Below, one piece after another: positions 1 to 13,450 of a DNA stretch of 64,000 nucleotides. Location of the stretch: positions 1-64,000 of the forward strand of contig JAVECL010000017.1 in the NCBI GenBank assembly GCA_051942245.1, written 5' to 3'. The notes under the pieces were generated by a model. It ran no database searches, had not been told where the DNA came from, and worked only from the letters and a program-made list of their open reading frames with translations. Source of the stretch: Trypethelium eluteriae. Its lineage: Eukaryota. The position numbers and the translations under genes were made by a program. Each line of letters starts with the position of its first letter. Positions within the stretch are counted from its first letter, which is position 1.

Positions 1-415
1 GGATGAGGGGCAGGACGAAGGAGGGGATGAGGGGCAGGACGAAGGAGGGGATGACGAGGATGATGATCCTGAGGGGAAAGGTGGTGGGCAGAAGGAGCGC
101 GCGGAGGGAGTCTCGCAGAAGGAGAAGAAGCTAGAGAAGCCGTTAGAGGCGGAGGAGTTGAGTCGGGCGACGCCACCGAGGGATCTGGGGCCCAGCAGTC
201 CGTCTGTGAGGGTGGCACCGCCGAGTCCCAGTACGGAAAATGTGACGCCGAAGTTGAAGATGCCGGGAGTAGGAGAGGCGAAGACGGGGACGAAAGCGAG
301 TGCACCGCAGACGAATGGGAAGGCGGAACCGAAAAGCAAGAAGGGCGATGGTCCAGGAGGAAAAATTCCGGACGTTGATGAGTTAGCGCGGAGGTTCGCA
401 CAGTTGAAGAGATGA
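1..415 (+). CDS. IST1: 3' end of IST1-like ESCRT-III/Vps4 regulator (DUF292 family), partial at window start
   Basis: Frame is open from the window start through an acidic and Pro/Ser-rich tail ending IPDVDELARRFAQLKR*, resembling the C-terminal MIT-interacting motif of Ist1 proteins. The N-terminal domain is outside the window. Confidence 0.65.
   Translation, partial: DEGQDEGGDEGQDEGGDDEDDDPEGKGGGQKERAEGVSQKEKKLEKPLEAEELSRATPPRDLGPSSPSVRVAPPSPSTENVTPKLKMPGVGEAKTGTKASAPQTNGKAEPKSKKGDGPGGKIPDVDELARRFAQLKR
2..49 (+). repeat. 24-bp tandem duplication inside the CDS (DEGQDEGG x2)
   Basis: GATGAGGGGCAGGACGAAGGAGGG occurs twice in tandem. Confidence 0.85.
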
Positions 416-705
416 TGATGATGCTTGCTACACGTGATATGAATGCATTGAAAAGGGTGTTTTGGCGTATAGGACATTTTAACTATGAACATTACTCCCA
501 ATTACCCTTCGACACCGAGATCCTGTAGATACTCCAAAACATTTTCAACCCTCCAGATCATTTAACATAACACATAAGGCTCCAAGCCGTGCATATTCGC
601 TTTCCAAAGATACACGTGCTCCAAGTATGAATATCGTGTCAGGACGCCTCCCAGTCATCAAGCTTTGCGCCGTGATAATAAGACATAATCATTATGCAGA
701 AACTG

Positions 706-1894
706 CTAGGCTGTTTGTCGATACTGGGGCAATGGAGGTACTGGTTCGGGCAGGTTTGTGCGGGACTTGTTTCGGGAGGTCGATTCGCGTAAGTCCTTGG
801 TGCTGTAGAAGAGCGAATGCATTAGTTCGACTCTTCATCTCCACGGCCTCCTCCGACACTCCAGTTTTGAAAGAACCAAACAAGGGACGCACCTTTTCTT
901 TTCTTTCAACCCTCTTTTCATCGAAAAGAACTTTTTCAAGCCCTTTGCCTCGCCCTCGCCCTGCGTACCCGATCTCGGCCGATTCGCCTGTGGAGGAAGG
1001 AGGAAGATGGTAAGCCTTGGAAACGTTTCGTCGAACGGCATTTACAATGATGATATCATTCTCTGCCTCTTCAACTTCTTCCTCAAGATCGTAAAGCTTC
1101 ATAGAAGACAAAGGTTCAGAAAATGAGATATTTGGAGCGGCAAAGATGAAATCAATGGAAACAGAGGATGAGAAACAACGTAGTGTCGTGGTCCCTGCTT
1201 TCATGTCGAGCAACCTCCAACAATGAAAAATTAGACTTACAGATTCTGTTGCTACACTATCCTCAGACGTGACACTCGGCGCAAGTCCATTCTCCCTTGT
1301 ACTACTCGACCTATCGCGCCTTCCATACCTCCCTCGATCCCGGCTTAGGCTACTGCCCGTCGTACTCGGTGCTCCACTCTGATACTCATACCCATACCCA
1401 TTCTCCCTTGGCGAGTTCATACTCCCATTCCCCATCGGACTAACGCCCCCATTCTCCAGCAGCCCCACCGTACTCGGTGCCCATCGCTCCTCGTCTCCAC
1501 ACACCACTATATACCACGAAACTTTCTCATCCGGTGCCAGCTTATCGCGCAACTCCATCAGGCCTGCCCACTGCTCGTTCGAGACGCCCCGCCCACGGAT
1601 TGCATCCACTTCTGCCCCGAGCTTGATCTCTTCCGCAATGTCGGCTACGTACGCATACGGCTGGCTTTTACCGGACTCGCTGACATCGTTGGGGTCGTAC
1701 TGTTCATAGAAGCGGAGGGAAGGAAGCGATTCCATAACCTCAGGGTATAGGTCCTTGAAGTTGCGGAGGAGGGCTTGGGTTGTAGGAGGTGCGATGAGCC
1801 ATTCTGCCGCAGCGTCGTCGAGGTTCTGGAGGATGATATGGATGCGGACGAGGGGTCGGGGCCATCGGAAGCCGTGGAGGAGATAGACTGGCAT
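706..1894 (-). CDS. flbE: FlbE-like developmental regulator family protein (3 exons)
   Basis: N-terminus MPVYLLHGFRWPR...IILQNLDDAAAEW and LRFYEQYDP...SQPYAYVAD resemble Aspergillus FlbE. Predicted introns 988-1240 (GTAAGT..CAG) and 803-892 (GTGCGT..ACTAAT..CAG) give a C-terminus ...EPVPPLPQYRQTA*. Orthology to FlbE is not verified. Confidence 0.65.
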
Positions 1895-2956
1895 AGTGGT
1901 AGTGGGAGAGATGCGCGATTAGCTTATCGATGCCAAACCCCAGGACTTTCAGACCGTAGACTAGAGATGTAGTGCCAGATGTTGAGATAGAAGCTTGAGT
2001 CTTTCAAACGATTTTCCTCAAAATCGACAGGTCTTACGAAGTGGCATGTGTCAGCAAACGTCTATTCCTGTGCTCAACGAAGCGGTCTCGCAATCGACTT
2101 TGAAGGTAGCTCGAGGATGTGCCCTCAAGTCAGTCCGAAATTTTCAAAATTCCCGATAAGCATGAAAGGTATATCAAATCTTTCCCTTTTCCTTGACTCC
2201 AGACGTCCAATACCAGACCTCAACAATAAAGCCGACGCCTTGACAAGCGGTGTACAGTACTCCTATCCTAAGACGGTGTGATATATTTTACTCGTCGGTG
2301 CAGGCCAGTCTGGTGAAGGTGAACCAGTATGTTGATTCAAAACGAGTGACAAAGTCGAGCGGCAGCCGCAGCAAACTAGGATGAATGGGAACGTCGTAAA
2401 GCATTACAGAAAGCCAGAATAAGGCCTCGAGGGTCGCTCAGCCCTAGGGTTCTGGCAGGTGTGTGTACCTGCGTGCGCGAATGAGTTTCGGGTCTCCAAC
2501 GGCCTGCAGACCAGTCGAAGGAATCCCTCCGCAACCTCGTCAAACCATAATTCGGTCAGCTATCTGTTCGTCTACCCAGCCAATTCAGCCAAGACGTACG
2601 CCCTTATTGGCATGTAGTCCCATTTCCGATTATAGTGAGAAGATCTGCGTCGGGTCTCCGAAGTGACCCAGTCTTTGGGCCCGCCACCGTGCCACTACAG
2701 CGGTCAGTCTGTACCAGCGCTTATTCGCATGTGGGTACTACGGCGCCTCGTCCATTGTTTCGATTAAAACACGAACGTCTCATTGCATTGTCTAACGCAT
2801 TTAGATATTCTATCCCACTGGGCAGATCTTGGCAAATCCTCCTGTCACCTTCTACCTGTACAGGCGACAAAGACCTTCTCCGCGCGAATATCATTTTGTA
2901 CCTCCCGTTAATGCTACGCTGCATACGTCAGAGGAAGGTTTGGGCAACGACCAGAA

Positions 2957-4012
2957 ATGCCTTTGTACGCGAGTCCTTCGTCAAACTCGGAGTTCGTTCA
3001 TTTGTTTATCCATTAACACCGAATCAACAGACACCTCCTCGGTAAAAAGTCATGGAACGTCTACAACGCTGAAAATATAGCACGTGTGCGCCGTGATGAA
3101 GCCGAAGCTCAGGCACTCGAGGAGGAGCGCGAGAGGCGCATGCAAGAGATTGATGCTGAGCGGCGATTGGCAATCCTGAGAGGCACCACTCCCCCACCTT
3201 TGCCTGACGAAGATGACCCGAAGGAAGTTTCAAGCGAGCAGAAGAAGCGGGGTCGTCACGATATTGGCAAAGAGGACTACAGAAAACGAAGGCGGCTTAG
3301 AGGCGAAGACGATACAGATCGAGACATCAGGTTGGCTATGGAAGATCGTGAGATTGTAGAGAGGGCGAGGGAGGGCCAAATCGAAGGAGGACACGCAAAG
3401 AGAAAGGCTGCAAGTGATGCACCACTTATCGATCATGCAGGACACGTTGATCTCTTCCCGCAAGAGAAAGCTCCTCGGAAGACTAAGGAGCGCGAGAAGA
3501 ACATCGAAGCAGAAAAGGAAGCCGAAAAGAAAAAACGGGAATTTGAGGATCAATACACCATGCGCTTCTCGAACGCAGCCGGTAATAAGCAAGGCATGGA
3601 GAAGCCTTGGTACTCGTCCAATAGGACTCAATTCTCCACACAGAGCTTCGAAGACGAGATAGGCAAGGACGTATGGGGCAACGAAGATCCGCGTAAGAAT
3701 GAGCGAGCGAAGAATAGGATCGAATCGAACGATCCAATGGCATTCATGCGTAAAGCGCAGACACAGCTGAAAGAGTCGGAAAGGAACAGGAGAAAATTCG
3801 AAGAAGAGCGCCAGACGGAATTGGAAGATTTGAGAAGACGAGAGAGGCGTCGAAGCAGAAAGGACAAGCGTGCTCAGGAAGAAGATGGCATTGAAGGGTT
3901 TAGCCTTGACGCTTCACCGGGAAAAGAGCACCGCTCCCGGCACCGCCATTCACACCATCGATATAGGAGCAAGGATCGCGAGCACTATGACCGAACGCGT
4001 CATGGAAGCTGA
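2957..4012 (+). CDS. CIR N-terminal domain protein (LENG1-like, probable splicing-associated factor)
   Basis: ATG at 2957 and intron 2965-3030 (GTACGC..ATTAAC..CAG) give MPLHLLGKKSWNVYNAENIARVRRDE, typical of the CIR_N/LENG1 family. Highly charged body with an RS/H-rich tail. Confidence 0.85.
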
Positions 4013-4195
4013 AGGAGAAGTTGAAGCATGATTCTTGACTAGGTAAGATGACTTGATTGAGACCTGATCATCATGGAAGGCAAGCTCTTGCCAAACAGAC
4101 TGAAGATGAGTTATAAGTCAAAAGGAAGTAGTAATTTTCACAGGTAGGTAGGTAGTCTCAATGATACCCAATCATTCCTCATTCAAAGTCGTCGA

Positions 4196-5098
4196 TCAAT
4201 CCTCGCTTTCAGCCTTTCCCTTTGCCATCTTTGCATCCCGCTTCGCCTTCATCTGCTCCCGAATCTCTTTGGTCGCATTGATGTTCACCTTACTACCTTT
4301 GATGGCGGCCCAGAGCCGTTTCGCTTCCAATCTGCCTTCGAATCCAAATACAGATAAATCAATTGTCTCCTTCAGAGAAGGCCGTAGTGTAAATACAGTG
4401 CTAGTCCTTCCGTTTTCATTCGGCTGGACTCGATGCGCACCTGCTCGTATCATGCCTTCTGATAAGACTTTGACTGTTTCTCCAACGAGAAGCGTCGGGC
4501 CTTCGACATCTTTCCATTCTGGAGGCTGCTGAGAGGTGTCCAAGACCTGCAGGCCTTTTCCATCGCCAACGCAGAGCGTCAAGAGGCCGATGTCCACATG
4601 CTGAGCAGCGAATCCCCCAGAAGGATAATAGCGGAATAGTCTGAGTAGCGTAGTCGTAGTATCAAGACTTTCTGAGCTCTTCGGAAGTTCCAACGAGTCA
4701 CATAGAAGTTGATCCCACGCTGAGGCAGGAATGTCGCAACTGCGGGCAATGTCGCATAAAACCCGGTGAAGTAACGAGGCAATCTCAAGCCAGACACGAC
4801 CGACTTGCCTCTCTAGCTCTGGTACGGCGCCGACACAATATCGAAATGTGACGTATTCCTTCTCCCCTTCCACAAAGTAGAAGCCGTTTTCAGTACCTTG
4901 ACTAGCTGGGTAAAGACGCTTCTTGTCCTCACCTGGCCTGTCAAAGTATCGGCTGACTTCCTCTGAAAGGTTGTTGATCTGCGTCTGTAGGGACTCTGCT
5001 ATTGGTAGAAACAGCCATCCATTCCTAAGCAGATGCAAAAGCTGCTCCTCTGGGATAAGTGAGGGAGGCCCAGAGGGTGGCAGGAAATCGTCGGGCAT
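4196..5098 (-). CDS. 2-oxoglutarate/Fe(II)-dependent oxygenase (IPNS-like)
   Basis: Intronless 300 aa ORF with LRLFRY, HVDIGLLTL (HxD), AGAHRV (distal His) and RTS (RxS) motifs. Confidence 0.85.
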   Translation of the reverse strand: MPDDFLPPSGPPSLIPEEQLLHLLRNGWLFLPIAESLQTQINNLSEEVSRYFDRPGEDKKRLYPASQGTENGFYFVEGEKEYVTFRYCVGAVPELERQVGRVWLEIASLLHRVLCDIARSCDIPASAWDQLLCDSLELPKSSESLDTTTTLLRLFRYYPSGGFAAQHVDIGLLTLCVGDGKGLQVLDTSQQPPEWKDVEGPTLLVGETVKVLSEGMIRAGAHRVQPNENGRTSTVFTLRPSLKETIDLSVFGFEGRLEAKRLWAAIKGSKVNINATKEIREQMKAKRDAKMAKGKAESED

Positions 5099-6580
5099 CA
5101 GAAGGGAATTAAGAGCGTATCACAGCTTAAGACAACGAATGGCAGAGGGTCAGCTTGCTCAGGGTTTTAAAAATACGACTAACCGACTCTAGTTGGTGGC
5201 TCGGCTTTCGATGGGGTGTGGGATGGGGTTTGGTGCAAACAAAGATAAGTACTCAGCAACAGCGTTCGTTCTAGAAAAGTACCCAATCTAGATCTAATTA
5301 ATCATCCGATCACCTATGATCAGCTTGGCAGTCACTGAGAAGTATATTCAAACCAGCCAAATAAGATCAGGAACGATTGAAGTCATGATCTATCTATGTT
5401 ATCCTTGAACTACTGAGACAAAGATTCGCCTATTTTGACTTCCTTGCTGACTTTTAACTATACCTTGAAGCGAAAAGACCAATGACCGAAGCTCGCTCTA
5501 CAGTGACTCGTCCGATCTTCTGGCAATATGCTGTATGCAGTGGAGCATGCGCAAATTACAGCACAGCCTTCAGACGGAAAAATCTACCTCTGAAAGAGAG
5601 ATTGATACAGGGGCCCTGGCAAATTAGATTTGGAGGGTCTTGTTTAAGCTGTTCCTCGCCAGGCAGCGATTCACCGATTGACGAGTTGCATGCAAGCACG
5701 CTAACGCACGTCATGAAGATCGGATGCAGTAAGTTGGCGTACTTCGTCTCTTACGCTATAATGCTGTGCTGTGTCCCGTTGACAAATCTGCAGCAAACTT
5801 GATATTTTCGACTTGATCACATGTGATTCTGTTTGACTCCTCATCTGATGGTTGGTGTATGAAGCAGTTACCTTGGACAATGTTCGGTGATTCGCTGCAT
5901 ACGCTCTGCTTTAGGAAACCCGAGGCGTCAAATTCCTCGGGTAGATGTAGACCTTCCGCGGACCCGCGCCTACAAATGCACATCCTGGTCTTGACACCAG
6001 AAAATGGGTCGATCGAACATTGAGACAGCAGGCTTCGCGATCGGTAGAGGTACGCTTGTTCATTTGCCGGTTCAGCTTTGCAGGTACTTATATGAATTCA
6101 GCCGCTCGAGGCAAATCAAGAGATAATTGATGCAAGGCCACAAGGCGAATGCTTGACCGTTTTGCACGGTGTCGTGCAACGAAAAAGGTCGATAGCAACA
6201 AAAGAATAGCGTTGCCCGTCTGCTACGAAGGGCCCTGATAGGGCGTTCACGAGTCCGCTTACAGCGCGAACCAAGCTTTAGAAGGCTTGATTCGAAGGAC
6301 TGGCTAAAAGTACAATGGCTTGTGCGCACTCGTCGTTCCACTCCAACCCTTTCGCTTATTTGCGACATATCCAACCTCCTACTTGCATCCAAGCCTCCCA
6401 TCTGTGTAGCCGCACTTGGACGAATGGAACGAGTCGCAAGAGGTGCCGCCAACATCGTCCTGATATTGTGCAAAGAAGTGATGAACAGAGCTACACATAT
6501 AATGCCGCCCTTCGACTTGACACGTCTTTCTGGCAGACATCAGTCAAATATTTCAAAATTCGAGTCTTTGTACAAAATCC

Positions 6581-7768
6581 ATGATGGCTGACAAGAGTCC
6601 ATCGACGCCTGTCAATCCACATAAGTTAGGGCGAGACGGAGTGGCTGCCCTCATTGTCTTCACTTTTCTGACTTTGCTATCTACACTTGCAGTCATTGCT
6701 CGATTTGTAGCTCGTAAGATGCGCGCAGGTATCGGGTGGGACGACTGGACCAGTCTCGCTGCTCTAACAACCTCTTACGGTTTCATAATCGCATCCGTGG
6801 TCGCGCTTAAAGATGGGCACGCGGGATATCACATTACGCAGTATAATGATCAAGAGCTGGAAGTGGGGTACAAGGTGATTTCGCGATCGCGAAGCTGTTT
6901 GAAGTTGTCTAACGCACCTTGCAGACAGATTTGGCCGGCACATGGACGTACACCTTTGCCATTGCGTTGCCAAAGATATCAGCATTGATCATGTATAGTC
7001 GTATATTTCCTGTTCGCTCGCTTCAAATATGGAAGTGGACCTTGGGAAGTATTTTCACTGGATACGTCATTGCAGGTCTTGTTACCAACATGCTCGAGCT
7101 TTCTCCCCTTGAAGCCCAGCGGGGGTCTTGGACACCTCACTTTACGAGCATTCAAGAGAAACCATTCGATATTATTATGTCCATTATCAACATTGTCTTG
7201 GACATCGTCATTCTTGCGATACCTCAAACCCGTATCTGGAAGCTTCAAATGACGGCCCGGCGGAAGATTCTGATATCTCTGCTATTCCTTCTTTGGGGAC
7301 TGTAAGACCTTCGATCTCGTTTAGCATCGGATTAAGCTGACGCTACTAGTGTATGTATCTCTAGTGTAATGCGCACAATTTCGCTAGAAACACTCAATAC
7401 GAGAGATGTTCCCTGTAAGCAAAATCTCATCTTGTTCTTCACTCATACGTTCAAGTTCCACCTGGGTGGTCAATTCTCGCCATTCCGCCTCTTCCGGGGC
7501 AAGAAAAGAACGCAAAAGCTGAATCTCATATCTTATAGACACGATCTTGGATTCTGTGATCTGGTCAACTGTGGAGATAAACACATCGATTATTTGCACA
7601 TGTCTGCCGGTACTTCTTGTGCTCGTGAATTACATGGTCGGCACAACAACTTGGGACGGAAGCCCTCGATCCCGTCAATCAATCTCGAGAAGCAGACTGT
7701 TCACTTCGTCCAGAACATGTGGCTCGAAATCCAAAGCAAGTACATACACAGATCCTGAGGACGGGTGA
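6581..7768 (+). CDS. PTH11-like integral membrane protein (fungal rhodopsin-like domain, no CFEM)
   Basis: ARF...GWDDW, GHAGYHI, KISALIMYSRIF, NIVLDIVILAIP..IWKLQM...K and WSTVEINTSIICTCLP motifs across 4 exons joined by GT-AG introns near 6874, 7302 and 7414. Confidence 0.85.
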
Positions 7769-10700
7769 TCATTACCTGCAACAAGCAAAAGGTTGGACTT
7801 CACTCCAATCGATTCTTTTACCGGGCAAACAGGATATACTTTCCGTATTTTGCAGCCTACACGGATGGGAGAAGGTGCTGATAGCACAGCTATTCTGCGC
7901 CCTGGCGATATCTGAAGGGGCAAATCTCGTTTAAAAGGGAAAGATATCTGTAAAAATGGGTGCTGTTATCATCATGAGTCGGAGATTATTTGTTCCCAAG
8001 CGAGTCTCAGACGTCCCACAATGACCTCCTGAACGATTGCCGAGCAGCTTGCGGCCTGATTGGATCTTCATCCATTGCCATTGAGTCACATTTTTACGTT
8101 CTTAGCCTTGTCTTACGCGCTAGCCCACAACTTTGATGATTGTGTATTGCAGCTTGTTCTTGAGGACGGTCGATCAGGTAAATGATGGGAAAGATATTTC
8201 TAGGTGTGACAAGAAAGCACTTAGTCTCCAGGATAACTCTGAACACCACAAACCGGTCAATATTCAGTGATATATGTTCGATGCCTTGTTTAAACATTTA
8301 AAAAAGTATCCTAGCTAGAAAATTGGTTGCTATGGTGTGATCTTTATGTTGAACTACCTATCCGGGACTCAGCGGCATAAATCATGGCGTAGTAAACGCC
8401 CATATCCAAGTCTGTAGCAGTCACGATGTTCATTGTTGGACCTCGATAGATCTCGCCGGTACGCGATCTACTCAAGCCATCTTGTTGAAGTCATTTCCGC
8501 ACCTAGCTCTGTAGATGTTTCCAAAAGTTCTGAAGATGGAGTCTACTTTACACGGTCGCTGCGGTCTATCTGAGGTATGGATGTTAAGTAAGTACCAGTT
8601 GGACGCTGTACCTGTCGTACCTCAGCAGCCACGCCAACCCACCGACCTTGGACACCTTCCACTTCAAAATCCTAGTACTTGGGATGTTTGAACTTTTCGT
8701 AGCCGAAGTGCAGTGCTGAAAGGACATAAGACGAGAACTGCCTTACCCAGCGCGCACAAGAATTGAAGTCTACCTGTCGAGTGATTTGTCCAAATTTTCA
8801 AAGTGTCAGAAATGAAGGTCAATGTGTGCAAATTTTGAACGTAAGAGATCACTTTCAGTCCACGAAATGCGATCAGTCCACACCCCTTCAAGCCGTTCAC
8901 GGATTGAGCGAGGCTCTCCCAAGCCCCTGTTCTGGAACATACCTTTGCGATCTCAGGCTGGGCAATGAGAACTGGCATGTCCAGCGAGGTTGTCGCCGAA
9001 ATGAGGTTGTTCGATAAGAAAACGTCTTCATTCCCGACTGCTGGCTTCACGCGTGGAAACCTCGTAGCTTTATCGCATTATGCCAAGACCCATTGACAGA
9101 ATCCGCTCATGTTGAGTTAGAATCAGCTCATAAGTAGGACTGATCCAGTGCTTACAGAGGCCTAGTCTCATGCCAGCAGTACCACACTGCTCGAGCCGCA
9201 TCGAGCGTGCTATCCTGTTATGACATGATCGCACCACATAAGAATCTGACAATTGGAAGAGGTATATAAGCATCAGGCATTTCTGGTCTCTGGTTTTGTA
9301 AAAATCAAGGACCGCCTACTTTGACCTTGTTGTCAAGGTGCTGGTCAAGGCTTGAATTGTTCTACGCAGAAGCTAAGCTACAGTGGAGGACCCACGAAGG
9401 GTTAAACTTTGAGGGTCACGTGTATCACTACCGTGGTGCGAACAGGTCAAACACGGGATGCGGGCGATGCGGACTCTAGGGTGCTAGCACGCACACGGCT
9501 AGCTCCTCGGGGTCGGGCACGTCGAGGTCCAGCGTTCACAACTCTGGACCATTTCGATAAGCAGCCACGGCAGCGTCACTACCTGATTGATGCCTAAACA
9601 ACGTACGAAAGTTCTCCCCACTTTTCGGCGTACTGGGCCGTATCCCTGTCTGTACTTGGAAGCACATACAACCTCTTTAGCTATTGTTCCCTGGGGTCAC
9701 GGTATTCACTCAAAGACTCGTACCAGAAATTTAAGACCATCACCCATCCACGGCTGAGCTTCTTGAGAGTCCGGCGTGTCAATAATATCACCTTGAGTCG
9801 GCAGAAATATGCACTAGAATGAACCTTGATGGTGTCATACTTAGGCAACCATGTAGACGACATCATCCGGGTTCACAGAACACGTCCACGTTTGAAGATA
9901 TTCTCCAGTTCTCAGTAATTTTAGATATGCCACAATTGTCATCAATTAATGGACGAGATTCGGGCTCTGATGCTGCAGGTACTTCTCATGCATGGGTCTT
10001 GGCTTTTCAATTCCAATCAATGAAGTACCTTTATCCCTATCAGTTCAGTGCGCTGATATACTCTCGTAACGCTAAGCGACACTGACTGCCAATCACGCCT
10101 CAAATTCCAGTCACGCAATTTGTCATATTTTGCCCTGCTCTTGACCGAATTGAGAACGGCAGTGGCGCATGCGCATAATCAGGTTGCTGAACCATTGTCA
10201 AGCTTTTGATCCTTCTTCAGAATTTTCCAAGTTTCTGAGCCTAGACGCAACCCAGATCCAGGAGATAAACCTCATCCCCTTGTCCGCAGCAAAAAATGAG
10301 CAGGCCAGGCGGGAGTACCGCATGATGGGATACCTAACATTTTTCATACTCTTACTTGCTAGAGAATATGTATTAACCATTCCGTGTGCTGGCATGAGAT
10401 TTAGGTCAGCTTGAGAATACAATTCGAGAGAAATCGCAACTAAGGCCCTATTCTTACAGCTCACGATGGTTGGAAATCTATAGATGCGGCTGATCAACGA
10501 TTGTAGTTCGCCTCAAAATCGCGGCTCGGCGGACTTCAGTCGGTGAGTCTTGACAGAAGACCGATGTCATGCGGAGTTCAGGAGGATTATGCAGTGTATC
10601 CATGTAGGCTTCCCATTCTCCCGGAGGCTATTGCCATGTATGCCTGTTGCTGGACACCTCACTGACCCTCCCATATCCTCCGTGTCGATGTCTAAATCCA

Positions 10701-12614
10701 ACGAGAAACGTCATTTGAAGCGTCAAGTTGAAGGTTGGTTGAGAAGGTAAAAAGCCAATCGACATTAAACTTCCTTCCAGAACGACTGTGGAAGAAGGGG
10801 ACGGCACCTATCTGTGCAGTTCTGATGCGGGAAATACGCCATGCTCTCGGGCTGTAAGCGCCGTGGCGTCATGTGAACGGAGGCCATCAAATCCAAGCCG
10901 CAGCTAGGAACTATCTGGTAACAGGTCTGATGGAGCCTCGTATGAGTCGAAATCTGCAGGAACCTGACACCTTCCACCTTGCAAGATTCGCCAGGCGTTT
11001 TTGCAAATCGGTCGCCTTTCCTCCCGAGGCTAGAAACCTCACACACTCCTTTCTGCTGGGATCAGCACTCATCTGTAATCGGCCCGGTCTCCATGACATT
11101 ACAGGAGAGCTAATAGTCGGTAAGCTGTACATGAACCTACCCCAACATAAATGAACCAAGCGCGCTGATTGCTGACCTCCCATCTGCTCCATAGCACGGT
11201 TCACGTGTATGTCGTTGCTCGTCCGGGCACTCATGTTCTCGGTCTCGCTATGGTGTGACAGATGAGTTCACAACATTACGCTCCTTCGATTCTGCAGTTT
11301 CAGTGCCAGGCTCGATTCTTTAGATCCTTCTATTCTATTGGCCCTGAGCCGCTCACCATTGACAGCGATCATGGGCAGCCAAGCGTCGAATTACATCATG
11401 AAGCCGTCCTCGAACCTTGCTCACAACCTTTTCTAGAACCTTTCGAAGGCCATGGAGCAAGCACATTTAGTGGATAAAGTTTCGGGTAATACAGGTACAT
11501 CTCGAGCTCCGGAGGTCTGATATCTGTGATAGCCTGTCATTCTATTCTACAGGAGGAAGTTTCTTGCCTGTACCTGAGGCTTAATGTACGAGCATTGCAG
11601 AATCTCAAGTGGCGCCCCCTTTTGTTTTTCTTTTTTTCTTTACCCTTACTTCTGCATTAGCTCTGTATCACGAAGCTAAAATAGCCTGCCAGTGGACTGG
11701 TTCACCGACCAATATAGGTCCCACGATAATCATCCCGCACTTTGCCTTTACCCGGCAACTTCAAGACCTTCTCTTTGGATACAACCAGCTTAAAACTATA
11801 AAAGCAGATATATCTACAAACACATTTTCTTGCTAATTTCATTTTATGTATAGGACGCAGAGAGTCGGCAATTACCGGTCTGGCAAAGTCTGTATGGCTA
11901 CTACGGAGATGAATGAGCAGCGCAATTTTATGCGGCTCTAAGAACCAAAATCCATTCAACACAAATGCCAGTGGAGCGCCCGGAAGCCGTTTCATCGATA
12001 GAAGCTTTGTGAGTGCAATCCCGTGCCTCGTCACAGAACTTTAGTTTCTAGTTCATCCTATCCTGGTTCGAAATTCGAAGCACTGCTTGGGAGGGTGGTG
12101 TGGAAGGATGTGCTGACATTGGGCACGGTTCCATCCACAGATCGTTAAACAGTCGCAACGGACTAAAAGAGTGGAAGTGCCGCTGGCCTCCGACTTGACC
12201 TTGCTCCTGATGGTCCGCCTTACCAAATCAAGCCCTTAGGGGTTGACTGATGAACCAGGACTATGCTTTTCTTAACGCACTTAGTTCTTCTTGACTCCGG
12301 GTTCTTGAGATGGCCCGGTTCTTGGGGCGGCGAGGTTCCTCAATCTTGGAAGCACACGATGTATTGTTGAGCTTTGTGATCTCGGTTACTTGTTCAATCT
12401 TGTGGTAAGGATCTCTATGTCACTCCGGTGCCTCCCTCTGATACCATTCGTCCCATAAGATAAAAGCCCCCTTCCAATCCAAACCTCTCTTAGTCCAGTG
12501 TCATTATCCTGTGGAAAGGCCAAGTCATCTCCACGAACGGTATTGGCTAACGTTCTTCACATTCCACCATCTACTTCTTCAGCTATGTCGCGTGCTTTCC
12601 CTGGTCGAGGCTGC

Positions 12615-13450
12615 ATGGACTTGGCCCCCCATCCTCCCTTAGAGGCCGACCGACTCCCAATCGATTCATCGCACCATGACGGACTGCAGGTAATTTCCCC
12701 CGCCGAGGTCTATGGTTTATACTGGGACTAACTTTCTGGGGTGCAAAGGCGAATAGTTTTCCCCCTGTGGATACGTCTGGCTCATTGCCATCCACGTCCG
12801 CGGTGCATGATCTCTGCAATTCAAATACAAACAGAGACCTCAATGAGCAGCAGCGTTCCCAAGGACGGTTTCCCTCCCCAACGAGGCGAATACTCGAATC
12901 TCGCTACAGGGAGAGCCCAAAGCTAGACAAACATAGACGGGAGACCATCCGGGTAGAAGCTGGTCTTCAAAATGAAGATCAAGTTAACAATTGGTTCAAG
13001 AAACAGCGCAAGAGAGAGAGAGATGCACAAGGTGGTGCCACTCATGGAACCGATCCTACAGTGCTAGCGAGCAATGCAAGTCTCCCACTGCAGAATTTAC
13101 ATGGCCGTTCTCAAGTTGACGTGAATTCAAAGGCCTCAAACCAAAACTTCGATGAGATTTTGGCTGACTGGGAAGCTCTGAGACAAATCGAGAGCATGTC
13201 ACAGTATCCCTTGACTGACCCAAGCTTGCTAAGTTCGCTGATGCCAATGACTTACGAACTTGATACCGGTTCTATCATTGACTATACATCTAGTAACGCT
13301 GATATGTCGGCGTCGATGTATGACAATGTGAGGTTCGGCCAAGATCCAGTCAGCGATTTCAATCCAGCGGCTTTTCCCGATGGCACTCTACAGCGCAACG
13401 GAACCGGGGAAATGTATCAAGGTTTCGACTGTGGCTCGGGTCATGGCTAG
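12615..13450 (+). CDS. Divergent homeodomain protein
   Basis: Exon 1 12615-12689, intron 12690-12748 (GTAATT..ACTAAC..AAG), exon 2 in frame with ORF 12767. Contains RFPSPTRRILESRYRESPKLDKHRRETIRVEAGLQNEDQVNNWFKKQRKRER, a homeodomain-like helix pattern. Confidence 0.7.

Noticed and set aside
692..1240. C-terminal half of the 400 aa ORF 692-1894 taken as real protein
   Set aside because: Canonical splice signals give a more plausible 3-exon model ending at 706. The long ORF appears to read through intron sequence by chance.
7769..7915. Open frame continuing after the PTH11-like stop codon (possible premature TGA)
   Set aside because: PTH11-like tails are variable and I see no conserved motif showing the extension was coding.
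8000..12400. Short ORFs that might be gene or transposon relics
   Set aside because: No recognisable domain motifs, terminal repeats or consistent exon chain. Needs BLASTx.
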